NCBI GenBank assembly: GCA_963851265.1
Contig: CAWKNZ010000005.1
Span: 224,001 to 288,000 of the forward strand
Direction of reading: 5' to 3'
Length of the DNA stretch: 64,000 bases
Source: an uncultured Gemmatimonadales bacterium
Lineage (GTDB): Bacteria; Gemmatimonadota; Gemmatimonadetes; Gemmatimonadales; Gemmatimonadaceae
The translations under genes were made by a program, and so were the position numbers. The notes under the pieces are model-generated. The model searched no databases, had not been told where the DNA came from, and saw only the letters and a program-made list of their open reading frames with translations. The stretch's first letter is position 1; the number at the start of each line of letters is the position of its first letter. Shown here piece by piece: positions 60,476 to 64,000 of this stretch.

Positions 60476-60943
60476 ATGAAGCCGCGTTCGAAGTTCCTCG
60501 CCGGCGGCCTGCTGATCCTGGGCGGCGCCGGGGTGCTGATGGCGAGCTCCATCAAGGAGACCGGCCAGTATTACCTGACGCCGGCCGAGCTCGGCGGCAA
60601 GGTCGCCGCGGACGCCTCGTTCCGCGAGAACGGTGTGAAGGTTGGCGCGCGCGTCGTGCCTGGCTCCATCGTGCGCGACCCCGGCGGCCGGTCGCTCACC
60701 TTCCGGATGACGGACGGCGCACAGACCTACGCGGTCGCATACCGCGGCATCGCGCCCGACACGTTCACCGACGGCGTCGACGTGATCGTCGAGGGCCGGC
60801 TCGGTGCGGACAACACCTTCCGCGCGACCACCCTCCTCGCGAAGTGTGCGTCGCGGTACGAGAACGCGCCCGACAAGTACAAGAGCGCGCCCGGCTACCG
60901 GGCGCCCGCAACGACGGCGACGGCCAGCACCGCCAGCCTCTGA
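60476..60943 (+). CDS. ccmE: Cytochrome c maturation heme chaperone CcmE, CxxxY variant
   Basis: N-terminal TM, YYLTP.E, V.PGSI, Y.GI.PDTF..G..VIVEG, LLAKCASRY; GGAGG RBS. Confidence 0.92.
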   Translation: MKPRSKFLAGGLLILGGAGVLMASSIKETGQYYLTPAELGGKVAADASFRENGVKVGARVVPGSIVRDPGGRSLTFRMTDGAQTYAVAYRGIAPDTFTDGVDVIVEGRLGADNTFRATTLLAKCASRYENAPDKYKSAPGYRAPATTATASTASL

Positions 60944-60972
60944 TCGCCGGTCCCTGACCTCACGAGCTCTCC

Positions 60973-63063
60973 ATGGGCAGTAGCATCGCGTCGAGCCTGA
61001 TCCTGCTCGGCGAAGTCGCGCTCTGGGTCGCCATGCTCATGGCCGCCTGGAGCGCGACCGTTTCGTTCGCCGGCGCCGCGCAGGGCCGCGCGGACCTCGT
61101 GCGGAGCGGTGAACGCGCCGTGTACGCCACCGCTGGCTTCGTCGTCCTCGCCAGCGTCGGCCTCTGGACCGCGCTCTTCACCCACGACTTCTCGATCAAG
61201 TTCGTCGCGAGCTACACGAGCGCGAACCTGCCCAAGATTTACACGTTCACCGCGTTCTGGGCGGGACAGGCGGGGTCGCTGCTCTTCTGGTGCCTCATCC
61301 TGTCGCTCTACTCGGCCGCCGCGGTGTTCACCGGCCGCGGCGAGCGCACGCGCGCGTTCATGCCGTACGTGGCCGGCACGCTCGGCGTCGTGACGCTGTT
61401 CTTCCTGCTCACGCTCTGTTTCGGCGCCAACCCGTTCGAGCGCCTCGACTGGATCCCGCCCGACGGCCGCGGAATGAACCCGCAGCTGCAGAACCCGGGT
61501 ATGGCGATCCATCCGCCCATGCTGTACCTGGGCTACGTCGCGACGGCGATCCCCTTCGCCTACGCCGTGGCAGCCCTCGCGACGCGCCGGCTCAACGCGG
61601 ACTGGCTCGCGCCCGTCCGCCGCTGGTCGCTCCTCTCCTGGTTCTTCCTCACCGTCGGCATCACCCTCGGCATGTGGTGGGCGTACGTCGAGCTGGGGTG
61701 GGGCGGGTACTGGGCCTGGGATCCGGTCGAGAACGCGTCGCTGATGCCGTGGCTCACGGGCACCGCGTTCCTGCATTCGATCATGATTCAGGAGAAGCGC
61801 GGGATGCTCCGCAAGTGGAACGTGACGCTCGTCGTCTCGACGTTCCTCCTCGCCATCCTCGGCACGTTCATCACCCGCTCGGGCGTGATTCAGAGCGTGC
61901 ACTCGTTCGCGCAGTCGCCGGTCGGGACGTGGTTCGCCGGCTTCCTCGGCGTGAGCCTCGCCGTGACCGCGTGGCTCGTCGCGACGCGGATCAAGGACCT
62001 CGAGAGCCAGGCCGAACTCGAGAGCATGGTCAGCCGCGAGGCGGCCTTCCTGTACAACAACCTCGTGCTCGTCGGGATCGCGTTTTCCGTGCTCTGGGGC
62101 ACGCTCTTCCCGATCCTGAGCGAGTGGGTGCGGGGCGAGAAGATCACGGTCGGTCCGCCGTTCTTCAACACGGTCAACATCCCGCTCGGGCTGCTCCTGC
62201 TCGCGCTCACCGGCGTCGGGCCGCTGATCGCGTGGCGGCGCGCATCGGTCGCCAACATCCGCCGCCAGTTCGTCATCCCCGGGATTGCGGGCGCGGCGAC
62301 CGGCGTGCTGCTCGTGATGTTCGGCATGCGCGACTTCTACGCGGTGGTCTGCTACACGCTCGCCGGCTTCGTCTTCGGGACCATCGGGCAGGAGTTCTGG
62401 AAGGGCACCGCGGCCCGCATGCGCATGTACGGCGAGAACATCGCCGTCGCGCTCACGCGCCTCGTCGCCAAGAACCGCCGCCGCTACGGCGGCTACGTCG
62501 TGCACTTCGGCATGGTGACGATGTTCGCCGCCTTCGCCGGCCTCGCGTTCAAGAAGGAGAACGACGTCACGCTCCGCACCGGCGAGACCTTCCGCACCCG
62601 CGACCCGTGGGGCCACGCCTGGGCGTTCACGAGCCAGGGCGTGTCGCAGTTCAAGACGCTCAACCGCTACGTCACCGCCGTCGCCCTCGACGCGGTGCGC
62701 GACGGCAAGCGCGTGGGGATCATCACCACCGAGAAACGGCAGCACGTCGACAGCCAGGACCAGCCGACATTCGAGCCGTCCACCGAAGTCGGCATCATGG
62801 AAGGCGCCAAGCAGGACACCTACGTCGTACTCGCGGGCATCACCGGCACCGACCGCGCGGAGCTGCGCATCACCTTCAACCCGCTCGTGATCTGGGTGTG
62901 GTTCGGCGGGATGGTGATGGCCATCGGCGGCCTGATCGTGATGTGGCCGCAGGCCGAGCGTCGGCGCGTGCAGAGCGGGTACGCGGCGCCGATTCCGTCG
63001 GCGACGGTGGGAGCCCCGCGCCCGGTGTTGGAGCCGGCGATGGCGATGGGGACGCAGTCGTGA
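60973..63063 (+). CDS. ccmF: Cytochrome c heme lyase subunit CcmF/NrfE
   Basis: WAGQAGSLL, NPF, G.NPQLQ, HPP.LYLGY, WWD domain WGGYWAWDPVENAS, TRSG..SVHSFA. Confidence 0.95.
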   Translation: MGSSIASSLILLGEVALWVAMLMAAWSATVSFAGAAQGRADLVRSGERAVYATAGFVVLASVGLWTALFTHDFSIKFVASYTSANLPKIYTFTAFWAGQAGSLLFWCLILSLYSAAAVFTGRGERTRAFMPYVAGTLGVVTLFFLLTLCFGANPFERLDWIPPDGRGMNPQLQNPGMAIHPPMLYLGYVATAIPFAYAVAALATRRLNADWLAPVRRWSLLSWFFLTVGITLGMWWAYVELGWGGYWAWDPVENASLMPWLTGTAFLHSIMIQEKRGMLRKWNVTLVVSTFLLAILGTFITRSGVIQSVHSFAQSPVGTWFAGFLGVSLAVTAWLVATRIKDLESQAELESMVSREAAFLYNNLVLVGIAFSVLWGTLFPILSEWVRGEKITVGPPFFNTVNIPLGLLLLALTGVGPLIAWRRASVANIRRQFVIPGIAGAATGVLLVMFGMRDFYAVVCYTLAGFVFGTIGQEFWKGTAARMRMYGENIAVALTRLVAKNRRRYGGYVVHFGMVTMFAAFAGLAFKKENDVTLRTGETFRTRDPWGHAWAFTSQGVSQFKTLNRYVTAVALDAVRDGKRVGIITTEKRQHVDSQDQPTFEPSTEVGIMEGAKQDTYVVLAGITGTDRAELRITFNPLVIWVWFGGMVMAIGGLIVMWPQAERRRVQSGYAAPIPSATVGAPRPVLEPAMAMGTQS

Positions 63064-63833
63064 GGCGCCGCGACTTCCTCGCCGCGGCCGGCGTCGCCGC
63101 GTTGGGCAGCACGCGGATCGCCCGCGCGGCCGGGGCCCAGCAGCGCCAGATCCCGGTCGCCCAGCAGGCGCCGGACGGAGGGGCCACTCCGCGCGATTCC
63201 GCCGGCGCGCCGCCCGCGCCCAACGCCGCCGACGGCGCCGCAGGCACGCCGTCCAGCGCGTCCAACGTGCCGATGGACCCCAGCGCCTACAAGGCGGTGG
63301 GTCGACCGCCCAAGCCCAACGCGACGCCGCTGCTCACGGCCGAGCAGCGCGACGCGCTCGAGCACCGCATCAAGTGCCAGTGCCCGTGTACGCTCGACGT
63401 CTACACGTGCCGCACCACCGACTTCAGCTGCGGCGTCTCGCCCGCGATGCACGGCGACGTGCAGCAGCTCGTGGCCGGGGGTTACTCGGGCGACGAGATC
63501 CTCGCCGCGTTCACGCAGACCTACGGCGACCGCGTGCTGATGTCCCCGCCCAAGGTCGGCTTCAACCTCGCCGGCTACTTCGCACCGATGGCGGTCCTCG
63601 GCACCGGCACGGTGGTCGTGGCGTCGCTCATGCGCCGGTGGAGCACGCGCGCTGCCGCCGTCGCGGCCGCCAACGCCGGCCGCGCGTCGGCCCAGCCCGC
63701 GCCGCTCTCCCACGCGCGCGCGGACCGCGGCGACCCGGTGTCGTACAGCGCGGCCGACGCCGCCGCGCTCGGCGCCACCCCGGAGGAGCTCGCGCGACTC
63801 GAAGCGGCGGTGCGCGGCGAGCCGCGCACCTGA
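63060..63833 (+). CDS. ccmH: CcmH/CycL-like protein with twin-arginine-type N-terminus and atypical Cys cluster
   Basis: GTGA overlap with ccmF; RRRDFL; IKCQCPC...C......C; G.S..EI...F...YGDRVL..PP followed by a TM helix. Confidence 0.75.
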   Translation: MRRRDFLAAAGVAALGSTRIARAAGAQQRQIPVAQQAPDGGATPRDSAGAPPAPNAADGAAGTPSSASNVPMDPSAYKAVGRPPKPNATPLLTAEQRDALEHRIKCQCPCTLDVYTCRTTDFSCGVSPAMHGDVQQLVAGGYSGDEILAAFTQTYGDRVLMSPPKVGFNLAGYFAPMAVLGTGTVVVASLMRRWSTRAAAVAAANAGRASAQPAPLSHARADRGDPVSYSAADAAALGATPEELARLEAAVRGEPRT

Positions 63834-64000
63834 TGGCCGTCCCGACCGGCACCCTGGCGTTAGGCGCGGGGACCGCCCTCGCCCTCGGCGCCGCCCTCGT
63901 CGTGCTCGGCCCGCTCTGGGCCGAGGACGCCGATGCGCCCCTCGCCCCGCTCCCGCCCGACCCCTCGCGCATCGCCCTCGGCCCCGCCGCCGCGTCGATC
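63833..64000 (+). CDS. Membrane-anchored protein, 3' partial (position suggests a CcmI-like ccm accessory)
   Basis: TGATG overlap with ccmH; hydrophobic N-terminus MAVPTGTLALGAGTALALGAALVVLGPLW. Confidence 0.55.
   Translation, partial: MAVPTGTLALGAGTALALGAALVVLGPLWAEDADAPLAPLPPDPSRIALGPAAASI

Overview
A 64-kb piece of a very GC-rich (roughly 73-75% by eye) bacterial chromosome. Gene content and protein style suggest Gemmatimonadota, but that is inference. It is mostly core genome, and I found no rRNA, tRNA, CRISPR array, transposase or prophage. Contents in order: partial rnhB; OmpA lipoprotein; a large alpha-glucan/trehalose cluster (glgE-treS-mak-glgX-glgB-malQ, serine hydrolase, treY, glgP); a HerA-type ATPase; PLD/cardiolipin synthase; quinone reductase; sbcD-sbcC (Mre11/Rad50-like)-GNAT; a PTPS-folE-SDR pterin operon; acyl-CoA ligase; a TPR-ParA-lipoprotein operon; D-aminoacylase; a DivK-like regulator, diguanylate cyclase and ligA; nucleoside phosphorylase; M28 peptidase; recF-DUF721-gyrB; poxvirus-type topoisomerase IB; glutathione peroxidase, glpK and UDG; and ccmE-ccmF-ccmH. 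The most striking unexplained signal is a DNA-level octamer, CGTTAGGC/GCCTAACG. I counted 30 copies of the GTTAGGC core (about one per 2 kb) in several reading frames, over stop codons and between genes. It forces otherwise avoided TTA/CTA/TAA codons and behaves like a DNA-uptake, Chi or HIP1-type chromosomal signal. Other notable points are an animal-type BH4-like pterin operon, a Cys-type CcmE with an atypical Tat-signal CcmH, frequent leaderless-promoter architecture including a 21-bp bidirectional promoter, and two long intergenic fold-back structures.
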